DNA from: Ruminococcaceae bacterium UBA6434 | Lineage (GTDB): Bacteria > Bacillota > Clostridia > Oscillospirales > Acutalibacteraceae | Assembly: GCA_002437245.1 (NCBI GenBank) | Contig: DJOQ01000010.1 | Span: 6,419-70,418 of the forward strand | Reading direction: 5' to 3' | Length of the DNA stretch: 64,000 nt | In this document: positions 9,364 to 17,740 of the stretch, piece by piece | Numbering within the stretch: position 1 is the first letter of the stretch | How the letters are laid out: every line of letters begins with the position of its first letter | Program-made: the position numbers and the translations under genes | The notes under the pieces: generated by a model | Databases searched by the model: none | What the model was told of the DNA's origin: nothing | Seen by the model: only the letters and a program-made list of their open reading frames with translations

Positions 9364-10149
9364 ATGCAGGTATTATCATCCTCGCAAAAAAAAGACATAA
9401 CGCCTTCACAGCTTTTGCCCGAATCGGTATTCGATTTTATATATGCAAAAGACGGCGAAGCCGTAATTAAAAGCGGAGATACGGATTTTATTCTGTCGGG
9501 CGGTCAAATGCTCATCATATCTTCCGTCGGCGGCAAAACAATGTCTGTAACAAAAGCACCTTTTAAATATTACTCTTTTTCTCTCGCGAGCGAGGAGGTC
9601 AAAAAAATTCTCGGGACTTCAAGCATTTCATCGTTTTTTGTGAAGAAGTTCAAAAGCTCATATCACATTTTTGATTTTTCGGAAAGCAGCGTTGCAGAGG
9701 AATTGTGCGCACAGCTTGAAAAAGAGTCCCGAAGTCCTTACGGCACGGTCGGCAACACCGCCGCGGTACTTTTTAAACTGCTTATGCTTGAAATATATAA
9801 GCTGAGCCCGTCTCCGTTCGGAAACGTACAGCGCCAAAACAAGTCCATGCAAAAAATACGCGAGTATATCGACGTGCATTACGGCGAAGAAATAACCGTT
9901 GAAAAGCTCGCCGAAAGCGCTTTTTTGTCGCCGCCGTATCTGAGCCACTCTTTTAAGAGCTTTTCGGGCTTCAGTCCGAAGCAGTATCTCACCGCGGTAC
10001 GTCTTGTAAACGCCAACAGGCTTTTAATGACCACGAACCTCAGCATAAACGAAATCTGCCGTAAAATAGGCTTTTCGGATATAAATAATTTTATACGCAC
10101 ATTCAAAGGCTTCTACGGAACAACACCGAAAAAGTTCCGCAGTATATAA
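9364..10149 (+). CDS. AraC family transcriptional regulator
   Basis: C-terminal double HTH (EKLAESAFLSPPYLSHSFK...INEICRKIGFSDINNFIRTFK) and an N-terminal cupin-like sensor domain. AGGAGG RBS. Confidence 0.9.
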   Translation: MQVLSSSQKKDITPSQLLPESVFDFIYAKDGEAVIKSGDTDFILSGGQMLIISSVGGKTMSVTKAPFKYYSFSLASEEVKKILGTSSISSFFVKKFKSSYHIFDFSESSVAEELCAQLEKESRSPYGTVGNTAAVLFKLLMLEIYKLSPSPFGNVQRQNKSMQKIREYIDVHYGEEITVEKLAESAFLSPPYLSHSFKSFSGFSPKQYLTAVRLVNANRLLMTTNLSINEICRKIGFSDINNFIRTFKGFYGTTPKKFRSI

Positions 10150-10193
10150 AACCTTATAAAAAACAATAATATAAAATACGGAAAGGACTTAAT

Positions 10194-11957
10194 ATGAATA
10201 CACCTAATGCACCATGGCTGAAATTCTACGGGGACATTCCGAAAACGCTCGATTACCCCCAAATCTCAATGTATGAAGCCGTTATAAACGCAGGTAAGAC
10301 CCATTCGCAGGTAAATGCCTACGAGTTTCAGGGAAAAGGAACAACCTATGAAAAATTCATAGAAAAAATCGACAGAACCGCAAAGGCTTTTAAGGCGCTC
10401 GGTATAAAAAAGGGAGAAACGGTAACCATTTGTATGCCCAACACTCCGCAGGGCGTTGACAGCTTTTACGCGCTCAACCGCATAGGCGCAATTCCCACTA
10501 TGATACATCCCCTCTCGGCGGCGGGCGAAATTACGTTTTATCTTAAGAACACCGACAGCAAAGCTATACTCGTTGTGGATATGTTTTACGACAAGGTTGA
10601 GCAGGCGGTAAAAGATCTCGGCAGACCCGTTAAAATAATCGTAGCGAGAATACAGGACGAATTACGCTTTCCGCTTAACATTTTGTATCCGCTCACGCTG
10701 AAGAAAAAGCCGCCGGAACTTCCCGACAGCGAAAACGTCATTCGTTGGAACGATTTTATAGCGGCAGGCAAAAACGAAACTCTGCCCGATGAATTTCCCA
10801 AAGCCGACGACACCGCGGCTATACTTTTCAGCGGCGGCACAACCGGAACCACAAAGGGAATACTCCTCACAAACCTCAATATGAACGCACTCGGTATGGA
10901 GGTTGCCGCGGCAGCGGGCTTTACCATGGAGGGGCTTCGTATGCTCTCGGTTATGCCCTTGTTCCACGGCTTCGGTCTCGGCGTAGGAATTCACACACCG
11001 CTTATTAACGGAGGCACCTGCATACTCGTTCCGCAGTTCACCGTTAAGACATATGCGAAAATGATAAAGAAAAACAAGCCCAATGCAATCCCCGGCGTTC
11101 CCACGCTCTTTGAGGCGCTGCTTCGCACGGAGGGTCTCGACGGCGTTGACCTCTCATTTTTGCGCGGTGTATTCTGCGGCGGCGACTCTCTTTCGGTTGA
11201 GCTTAAAAAGAAAGTTGACGCATTCTTAAAGGAGCACAACGCAAAGGTACAGATAAGAGAGGGCTACGGCACTACCGAATGTGTTACGGCGTCCTGCCTT
11301 ACCCCTCGCGACTTCTTCCGCGAGGGCAGTATAGGAATTCCCTACCCCGACGTTTACTATCAGATAGTTGACCCGAAGGACGACAGCGAGCTTCCGCCCG
11401 ACACAGAGGGTGAAATCTGTATAAGCGGTCCTACCGTTATGAAAGGCTATCTCAACAACGCCGCCGAAACCGCCGCAACGCTGCGTACACACGCCGACGG
11501 CAGGGTATGGCTTCACACGGGCGATATAGGCACCATGGATAAGGACGGATTTATCTACTTCAAGCAGAGACTTAAACGCCTTATCATAGTTTCGGGCATA
11601 AACGTATATCCGTCGCAGGTTGAAAACACCATAGACGCTCATCCCGACGTACTGCTCTCATGCGCCATAGGTATTCCGGACCCGTACAAGATGCACAAGG
11701 TCAAAGCGTTTGTCGTTTTGCGCCCCGGAGTTGAACCGAGCGAAAAGATTAAAGAAGAAATACTTGAGCACTGCCGCAAAAATATATCCAAATACGCCAT
11801 GCCGCGCGAAATAGAATTCCGCACGGAGCTTCCCAAGACTCTTGTAGGCAAGGTAGCGTACAGGAAGCTTGAAGAAGAGGAGGCCGCAAAATATGAGCAG
11901 CAAAAATCAAAGCAGCAAAAATCAGAGCAGCAAAAGAGCGACGGAGAAAGCAAATAA
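10194..11957 (+). CDS. AMP-dependent synthetase / long-chain fatty-acid--CoA ligase (FadD-like)
   Basis: Adenylation motifs LFSGGTTGTTKG, GYGTTE, HTGDIG and KRLIIVSGINVYP. The C-terminal tail is (QQKSx)3. Confidence 0.9.
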   Translation: MNTPNAPWLKFYGDIPKTLDYPQISMYEAVINAGKTHSQVNAYEFQGKGTTYEKFIEKIDRTAKAFKALGIKKGETVTICMPNTPQGVDSFYALNRIGAIPTMIHPLSAAGEITFYLKNTDSKAILVVDMFYDKVEQAVKDLGRPVKIIVARIQDELRFPLNILYPLTLKKKPPELPDSENVIRWNDFIAAGKNETLPDEFPKADDTAAILFSGGTTGTTKGILLTNLNMNALGMEVAAAAGFTMEGLRMLSVMPLFHGFGLGVGIHTPLINGGTCILVPQFTVKTYAKMIKKNKPNAIPGVPTLFEALLRTEGLDGVDLSFLRGVFCGGDSLSVELKKKVDAFLKEHNAKVQIREGYGTTECVTASCLTPRDFFREGSIGIPYPDVYYQIVDPKDDSELPPDTEGEICISGPTVMKGYLNNAAETAATLRTHADGRVWLHTGDIGTMDKDGFIYFKQRLKRLIIVSGINVYPSQVENTIDAHPDVLLSCAIGIPDPYKMHKVKAFVVLRPGVEPSEKIKEEILEHCRKNISKYAMPREIEFRTELPKTLVGKVAYRKLEEEEAAKYEQQKSKQQKSEQQKSDGESK

Positions 11958-13161
11958 TAACGAAACTCCCGAAGCGCTGGCTCATATCAAACGCGCCCAC
12001 GGCATTTATTTCACCGTAAAATTTTTATTCGGCTGGATAGTAAAGCTTGTCTCGAATTACAGAGGCAAGGTATACAAGCCGAAAAACAAGAGCTTTATCC
12101 TCATATCAAATCACACTACCATGCTTGACCCGGTTTACGAAGCGCTTACGTTTAAACCGTATCTGCGCTTCGTGACGAGCGACCATCTTCTCAGAATGGG
12201 CGCATGGGGAAGGTTTATAAAATTTTGCGTTAATCCCATTCCGAAAAGACGCGGCGCCGATTCCGAAAAAACAATGGAAATGATGGCGGAATCCGTAAGG
12301 AACGGCGTCAGCGTTTGTATACACGCCGAGGGGTACTGCTCCATAAACGGCGAAACGGGATTTGTCTCTCCGCGTACCGGAAAGCTCGTCAAAGACAGCG
12401 GATCAGGTCTTATCACGTTCCGCACCGTCGGCGGATACTTTAAGGACCCGAGATGGGCAAAGCACTCGCGCCGCGGAAGAATGCGCGGCAGCGTGGTTCG
12501 CGAATATATGCCTGAAGAGCTTCAAAAGATGTCAGTAGACGAAATCAACGAGGCAATAAGACGCGACATATACATAAACGCCTACGACCTGCAGAGAAAG
12601 GAACCGCACAAATATAAGGGACGCGCTCTCGCCGAGGACCTTGAAACCATTCTCTACCTTTGCCCCAAGTGCCATGCAATCGGTAAAACCCATTCGCACG
12701 GTAACGAATTTTCGTGTGAATGCGGCTATAAAATGCACATTAACGAATACGGATTTTTTGAGGGCGACGCTCTCGTATTTGACAATGTTCTCGACTGGGA
12801 CAAATGGCAAAAAAGCTATATAAAAGAAAATCTCGAATTATGGCGTTCGTTCACGGAAAAGCCCATAACCTCGGACGAAAAGCAGATACTGAACTGTATA
12901 GAGGAAAACGAGACAAAGGAACTGTTCTCGGATAACTGCACGCTGAGCCTTTACTCCGACAGGCTTGAATTTACCGATGAAAAGAAAGGCAAAAAAATCT
13001 TTTTGCTCTCGGATATAGTTAAAATGTCGATGGGCGGCGAAACAAAGCTCTATTTCACAACGTCCAACGGTTTTTACTATGAGGTCGGAAGTCATATACG
13101 CCGTTCATCTGTAAAATACTTTGCGCTTTACAGAGTACTCACGGGTCGCGAATACCTGTAA
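11893..13161 (+). CDS. PlsC-family lysophospholipid acyltransferase with an extra C-terminal domain containing a Cys4-type zinc ribbon
   Basis: HX4D motif (NHTTMLD), an N-terminal hydrophobic helix, and CPKCH...CECG at about aa 265-285. The ATG at 11893 is preceded by GAGGAGG. No canonical in-frame start exists downstream of 11957. Confidence 0.8.
   Translation: MSSKNQSSKNQSSKRATEKANNNETPEALAHIKRAHGIYFTVKFLFGWIVKLVSNYRGKVYKPKNKSFILISNHTTMLDPVYEALTFKPYLRFVTSDHLLRMGAWGRFIKFCVNPIPKRRGADSEKTMEMMAESVRNGVSVCIHAEGYCSINGETGFVSPRTGKLVKDSGSGLITFRTVGGYFKDPRWAKHSRRGRMRGSVVREYMPEELQKMSVDEINEAIRRDIYINAYDLQRKEPHKYKGRALAEDLETILYLCPKCHAIGKTHSHGNEFSCECGYKMHINEYGFFEGDALVFDNVLDWDKWQKSYIKENLELWRSFTEKPITSDEKQILNCIEENETKELFSDNCTLSLYSDRLEFTDEKKGKKIFLLSDIVKMSMGGETKLYFTTSNGFYYEVGSHIRRSSVKYFALYRVLTGREYL
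11896..11940 (+). repeat. Three tandem 15-nt units (AGCAGCAAAAATCAA-like) inside the overlap of two genes
   Basis: Read directly: 11896..11910, 11911..11925 and 11926..11940. The third unit is degenerate. Confidence 0.85.
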
Positions 13162-13192
13162 ACCGACTTGACGGCACCATACAAAATTACGC

Positions 13193-13240
13193 AAAAACAA
13201 GGATTGTAAAAAAATTACAATCCTTGTTTTTCTTTTATTT
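13193..13240 (+). terminator. Rho-independent terminator
   Basis: AAAAACAAGGATTGTAA / TTACAATCCTTGTTTTT perfect stem followed by a T-run. Confidence 0.7.
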
Positions 13241-13297
13241 ATCATTTTTCGTTTTGCCGCATATAATAACACGGATAAATTATTAGGAGGGCAAAAA

Positions 13298-14365
13298 ATG
13301 AAAAACGATATATCCTTTTTCCTCGGCACAAATACCGGAAACGGTTTTTACTCGCTTTTTTATGACCTTACCGAGCACACGACGCCGTACAGCACTTTTA
13401 TAATAAAAGGCGGCCCCGGCACGGGAAAATCCGGACTTATGAAAAAGACTGCGAACGAAGCCTTAAAACGCGGCCTTTTCTGCGAAAAGCTTTGGTGCTC
13501 ATCGGACCCAGATTCGCTTGACGGTGTATTCATTCCCGAAAAGCACTGCTCGATTTGCGACGGGACCGCTCCGCACGTGGTTGAACCCGTATTTGCCGGC
13601 GCTGCGGAACAGATAGTAAATATTGCCGCGCTTTGGAACAGAGAAAATCTCAAAAATAAAAGCAAGGACATTATACGCCTGACAAATGAAAACAGCTTTT
13701 GCCACAAGAGGGTTTCATCGCTTCTTTGCGCCGCAACCGCTTTAAAGCAAAATATGTCGGAAATATATAAAACGGCATTAAAAAAGAGAAAGCTTCACGA
13801 GCTTACGGGTGATATTCTTTTACAATTTGAGCCTGTTCCCGATAAGAAGGGAAGAATCGAAAACCGTTTTCTCTCGGGTGTTACTCCGAAAGGGATTATA
13901 ACATTTACAAATACCGTAAAAAATCTCGCCGACGACATAACCGTTATACGTGACGAATCGGGAATAACCGAAAAAATGCTTACCGACATTGCCCGTTACT
14001 CGGCTTCTATCGGGTATGACGTCATTGTTTGCCGAGACGTGCTCTTACCCGAAAAGACCGCGCACGTTTTAATCCCCGAAAAACGCCTTGCCTTTGTGAC
14101 CTCCTGTGACGCATTCCCGATAAACATCAAGGGGGCAAAACGCCTTTCCGCAGATAAATACTGCGATAAAAATATTTTGCGCGAGTATGACAGCGAGCTG
14201 TGTTTCTATAAAGAAAGCATTAAACTGCTGCTGACGAAATGCGTTGACATACTTAAAGAGGCAAAGGATATACACGATGAGCTTGAAACCTGCTATATAG
14301 GTGAAATGGATTTCGGCGCTCTTGACAGGCTGACAGACGATTTGATAAAAGAAATGCTCGGATAA
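13298..14365 (+). CDS. P-loop NTPase of unknown function (conserved Firmicutes-type ATPase)
   Basis: Walker A IKGGPGTGKS, followed by CSSDPDSLDGV and DGTAPHV motifs. AGGAGG RBS. The gene is monocistronic, lying between two terminators. Confidence 0.7.
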   Translation: MKNDISFFLGTNTGNGFYSLFYDLTEHTTPYSTFIIKGGPGTGKSGLMKKTANEALKRGLFCEKLWCSSDPDSLDGVFIPEKHCSICDGTAPHVVEPVFAGAAEQIVNIAALWNRENLKNKSKDIIRLTNENSFCHKRVSSLLCAATALKQNMSEIYKTALKKRKLHELTGDILLQFEPVPDKKGRIENRFLSGVTPKGIITFTNTVKNLADDITVIRDESGITEKMLTDIARYSASIGYDVIVCRDVLLPEKTAHVLIPEKRLAFVTSCDAFPINIKGAKRLSADKYCDKNILREYDSELCFYKESIKLLLTKCVDILKEAKDIHDELETCYIGEMDFGALDRLTDDLIKEMLG

Positions 14366-14380
14366 TAACGCATAAATGCA

Positions 14381-14418
14381 GGGACTGTAAAAACCTAAGC
14401 TTTTACAGTCCCTTTTAA
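14381..14418. terminator. Bidirectional terminator between the ATPase gene and the holin gene
   Basis: GGGACTGTAAAA / TTTTACAGTCCC perfect 12-bp stem with a flanking T-run. Confidence 0.7.
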
Positions 14419-14421
14419 AAA

Positions 14422-14673
14422 TCAATTATCCTTTTTTAACTGCTTTACCACCTGATTACCGTAAACGGCAGCTCCCGTAACAAGCACTCCCTGTATCACG
14501 GAATCCGCCGAAACACCCATCAGAGCAATGCTCCCCAAAATACCTGCCGCCAAAAGTATAAGCGGTATAAACTTATCCGGTATTTTTTCGAGCGTCTTTA
14601 AAATCATCCCTATTATATTGAGTACCGGTATCAAAACCAGCGCGCGGTTTATTATATATGACAATACGTCCAT
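14422..14673 (-). CDS. Phage holin (Hol44-like, holin superfamily V type)
   Basis: 83 aa with 2-3 TM segments and a charged C-terminus (QLKKDN). The LIPVLNIIGMILK...IPDKFIPLILL pattern is recalled from Hol44-type holins. It is the last gene after the endolysin. Confidence 0.75.
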   Translation of the reverse strand: MDVLSYIINRALVLIPVLNIIGMILKTLEKIPDKFIPLILLAAGILGSIALMGVSADSVIQGVLVTGAAVYGNQVVKQLKKDN

Positions 14674-14683
14674 ATTTCCCCCT

Positions 14684-14950
14684 TTAATTTATAAAACCGA
14701 TAACGGCATAACCTATCGCAGTTCCGACCGCACCGATAAGCGCAAATATGAGCTTATCCCAAAATGCCGAGGGTCTGCGTTTGATTTCGCTTATGCTCTC
14801 TTTCAGCTCGCCGACGGACAAAAGCAAATTATCGAGCTTTGTATTTTCTTCCGCCTGATTTATCGCAAAGGTATTCACCTTTCCGTACAGTATTTTGACG
14901 TCGTTTTCAAGAGTTTTGATTCGGTGTTCAAAAAGCTCGTTTTCACTCAT
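14684..14950 (-). CDS. XhlA-like phage lysis accessory protein
   Basis: 88 aa with an N-terminal coiled coil and a single C-terminal TM. Its position between endolysin and holin matches PBSX-type lysis modules. Confidence 0.6.
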   Translation of the reverse strand: MSENELFEHRIKTLENDVKILYGKVNTFAINQAEENTKLDNLLLSVGELKESISEIKRRPSAFWDKLIFALIGAVGTAIGYAVIGFIN

Positions 14951-14959
14951 ACCGGTGCC

Positions 14960-15841
14960 TCACCTTATATCATCGACGTTTACAAATCCCGTGACGTTTT
15001 TTCCGACGGGCTTTTTAAGAGCCAAACTTGCGGAAGATGTGATGCGATACCTGCCGTTTATCTCGATTCCGTCGTAGATGTAATAGGTTCCGGACTTCTT
15101 TACCGACGGCGACTGCGAATAAGCCGAAGAAAATACGGGCGTATTGCAAAGCGCCACGGTCTGACGCGGTGAAAATCCGCCGCTTTTTACGGCTTCGGTA
15201 TTTTTCGCGGCGTCCTTTGAAAAGCCGTTAAGTCCGTTCACTCTCATTATATTCGGATAATCCTTAAAGGATAAGTCCATATCCGTATTTCCCGATATGC
15301 CGTCCGTTTTACCCGAGGACGTATACTGCCACATACCGTATTTTCCGCCGTAAGACGGGGTATCCGCCCACTGTGCGAGCCAAATGTCATAGCGCTCCTT
15401 TACTCTGTCCGAGATTTTATTATTGAGCCACCACAGATTTGCATAAACCGAAACAAAATACCCGGCTTTTTCCGTTCTGCCGCAAAAAGCCTCAATAATA
15501 TCGCTTATTTCTTCGCGAGACAGATTTTTCTGCGAGTTATCCTCAATGTCGAATGCCACGGGAAATTCAAAGCTTTTTCCCGATATAAGCGAGAGAAAAT
15601 ACTCAGCCTCTTTTTCTGCGTCCGAAGCGTTTTTTGCATAACTGTAATGGTATGCGCCCACAAGTATGCCGTTTTTCTTTGCCTCGCGGTAATTTCTTTC
15701 AAAAGAGGTATCGTTTTGACCTTGGCATCTGCCGAAGCCTGCGCGCAGCATGGCGAATTCAACGCCCGAAGCACGAACCTTTTCCCAATTTATATCGCCC
15801 TGCCACTTTGACACGTCTATTCCCTTATATTTAGCTTCCAT
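14960..15841 (-). CDS. GH25 muramidase (endolysin) with a C-terminal SH3-like wall-binding domain
   Basis: KGIDVSKWQGDINWEKV...FAMLRAG...YHYSYA is the GH25 signature. No signal peptide. The C-terminal ~70 aa are beta-rich and SH3b-like. Confidence 0.9.
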   Translation of the reverse strand: MEAKYKGIDVSKWQGDINWEKVRASGVEFAMLRAGFGRCQGQNDTSFERNYREAKKNGILVGAYHYSYAKNASDAEKEAEYFLSLISGKSFEFPVAFDIEDNSQKNLSREEISDIIEAFCGRTEKAGYFVSVYANLWWLNNKISDRVKERYDIWLAQWADTPSYGGKYGMWQYTSSGKTDGISGNTDMDLSFKDYPNIMRVNGLNGFSKDAAKNTEAVKSGGFSPRQTVALCNTPVFSSAYSQSPSVKKSGTYYIYDGIEINGRYRITSSASLALKKPVGKNVTGFVNVDDIR

Positions 15842-15862
15842 ATAATTTTCCTTTCGTTATTT

Positions 15863-17191
15863 TTACTTTTCTTCAAGTCGTTTTACAGCCTCGGATATAT
15901 CGGCGCAATAGCATAAGTCGAATTTGCCGCTCGACTCCGAAACCGAAATTTCGGTGGTCGGGAAACCCGAATTCAGCGTCACCGGCGTAATCTTTTCCTC
16001 CGATTCGGACGCCAACGGATAATATACCGTAACAGGCGTTCCGGCGGCATACTGCGACTGAAGATATGACTTGAGCCCGTCTACGGAAAGCGTAGTCAGA
16101 AAATATATTACGTCATTGTTATAGCCGCATATTACGCCGACATAGTTTTTACCTGCCGAAATGCGCGCTCCGAGCTCTTCGTCGCTTGTTATGTTCTCCC
16201 TGAACACCTCAAAATGCGTGCAGTAACCCGGAAGGCAGGTTCCGCGAACCATTTTTGCGCCGACGGGAGTCGGAGTATATATCCTGTTTAAAGTTACGCC
16301 GCCGCTCGCATATGATTTGGCAAGCACCGCCTGGGCGGTTCCCGTGAGAACATATTTGCCTATTTTTCTCGTGAAAATTCCGCTTATGACGTCGGCTTTG
16401 TCCGCATAGTCACCGGCCGAAAAAAGCTCGCCCCCCGTATTTACCGTTTGCTCCGCGCCGTTTATTCCGATTTTTACGGAGGACACACCGCTTATTTTTA
16501 CGTAAGAAGCAGGCTCCGCAGTACCTGCGACGGAACCCGTAACCGAAGTTTTACCGTATACCGTAAAGCCCTTAAACGGCATCGCAAGAGAGTCCGTAAG
16601 CGTCAGCGTATTTTCTCCCGAAGCTCGGCGCGTATACGGAAGACCGTATGTGCTCTTATTTATCATAGCCGCAATCTCTTCCTTGTCCTCTTTTGTCAGA
16701 ACATAGTTGCTGCCGTCTTTTCCGCTGTCGCCCTTGTCGCCTTTCTCGCCCTTGAACACTCCGTTCTTTATATTTTCAAGCATTGTGTTTACCGAGAAAT
16801 CGTATTCGGCGAGAAGAGCACCGTCGGCATCGGCAAGCGTATTAAAATACAATATGACATTTTTCGGCTTCATAACCTCGGTTGTGAGACCGTTTTCGTC
16901 GATTTTAACGGCATTCAGACAACATTCTGCCGTACCGTATTTTGTGACGGACGCAGGCACGTCAAACGACACCGAATTTTCATCTTCCTTATTAAGCGGA
17001 AGATAATCCGTGCGTAAAATTTTTCCGTTCGGCAATACAAAGTCGAGATAATATTTAAATTCGTCGGTAAAGGTGCTCTCAAGAATAAATTTCAGCGTAG
17101 TCGCGTTGTGCTCGGCGCTGTTCCCTGCCGTTATGCACTCAACGGACGGCTCGTCCTCTAAAAAAATATAGATGGAAATGATTTTCGTCAT
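15863..17191 (-). CDS. Phage tail-fibre / baseplate-upper-protein-like protein with a short collagen-like run
   Basis: N-terminal ~120 aa resemble the BppU_N/XkdV type Ig domain. GEKGDKGDSGKDG G-x-y repeats occur mid-protein and the C-terminal half is beta-rich. No signal peptide. Confidence 0.6.
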   Translation of the reverse strand: MTKIISIYIFLEDEPSVECITAGNSAEHNATTLKFILESTFTDEFKYYLDFVLPNGKILRTDYLPLNKEDENSVSFDVPASVTKYGTAECCLNAVKIDENGLTTEVMKPKNVILYFNTLADADGALLAEYDFSVNTMLENIKNGVFKGEKGDKGDSGKDGSNYVLTKEDKEEIAAMINKSTYGLPYTRRASGENTLTLTDSLAMPFKGFTVYGKTSVTGSVAGTAEPASYVKISGVSSVKIGINGAEQTVNTGGELFSAGDYADKADVISGIFTRKIGKYVLTGTAQAVLAKSYASGGVTLNRIYTPTPVGAKMVRGTCLPGYCTHFEVFRENITSDEELGARISAGKNYVGVICGYNNDVIYFLTTLSVDGLKSYLQSQYAAGTPVTVYYPLASESEEKITPVTLNSGFPTTEISVSESSGKFDLCYCADISEAVKRLEEK

Positions 17192-17574
17192 AAATACTCC
17201 TTTATTTCGTCAAATATACTTTCCGGTGGGCATATGAGCGAGAAACGCATCATCACGGGATATTTAAGATAGGCATAGAGCTTTTTTTCGGCACTCAAAA
17301 GCACTCTGTCAACATATTTGCGCGAAGCATTGTTGAGTCGCGCGATTTCGGATTTGTTAAGTCCTTTAATATGCCGTGCAAGCAAAAAATCGCGTTCCTC
17401 CTGCGTCAGCTCGGTTTGAAGTACAAGCCCGACAAGCTTTTTAATGACGGAATTTTTGCGCGCCAAAATATACGCCGCCGCATTTTTGTCTCCGCCGTGC
17501 TCTATAACCTCAAGATTTTCCGTTAGATAGATGTACTCGTCAAGGCTTAATTCCGCAAGTATTTTTTCGTCCAT
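17188..17574 (-). CDS. Small sigma-70-region-4-type HTH regulator (ArpU/RinA/YlxM-like phage late regulator)
   Basis: LTQEERDFLLARHIKGLNKSEIARLNNASRKYVDRVLLSAEKKL matches the region 4.2 pattern. At 128 aa it is too short for a complete sigma factor. ATGA overlap with the fibre gene. Confidence 0.6.
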   Translation of the reverse strand: MDEKILAELSLDEYIYLTENLEVIEHGGDKNAAAYILARKNSVIKKLVGLVLQTELTQEERDFLLARHIKGLNKSEIARLNNASRKYVDRVLLSAEKKLYAYLKYPVMMRFSLICPPESIFDEIKEYL

Positions 17575-17586
17575 AACTCTCCTTTC

Positions 17587-17675
17587 GGACGACCGACGTT
17601 ATCGGTAAGCCGCACCGAAACCGTCGTCCCAAAACCAAATCAACACCCGAAAAAGCAGATTTCGGGTGTTGATTT
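17587..17675 (-). promoter_or_regulatory. Structured 5' leader with two hairpins, the first terminator-like
   Basis: A perfect 16-bp stem AAATCAACACCCGAAA/TTTCGGGTGTTGATTT (17638..17675) is followed on the minus strand by GGUUUUGGG. A second stem GGACGAC...GTCGTCC (17587..17629) abuts the RBS GAAAGGAGAG. Confidence 0.45.
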
Positions 17676-17703
17676 ATAGAACATTTGTTCGCTTACTCAT
17701 ATA

Positions 17704-17732
17704 ATATTAGTCCCAAAAACAGGACTTGTCAA
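17704..17732 (-). promoter_or_regulatory. SigA-type promoter of the phage-derived cassette
   Basis: Minus strand: TTGACA, 17 nt, then TAATAT. Confidence 0.55.
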
Positions 17733-17740
17733 GTGCTTAT

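Larger units (their letters stand above)
14422..17574 (-). mobile_element. Prophage-derived late/lysis cassette (five genes); no structural, replication or integration genes
   Basis: Gene content listed in the CDS entries below. No integrase, terminase, capsid or tail-tube genes occur anywhere in the window. Confidence 0.6.

Noticed and set aside
17188-17574. A complete alternative sigma factor (TcdR/UviA-like).
   Set aside because: The protein is only 128 aa and only a region-4-type HTH is recognisable. No region 2 (-10 recognition / core binding) is present. I call it a small HTH regulator instead.
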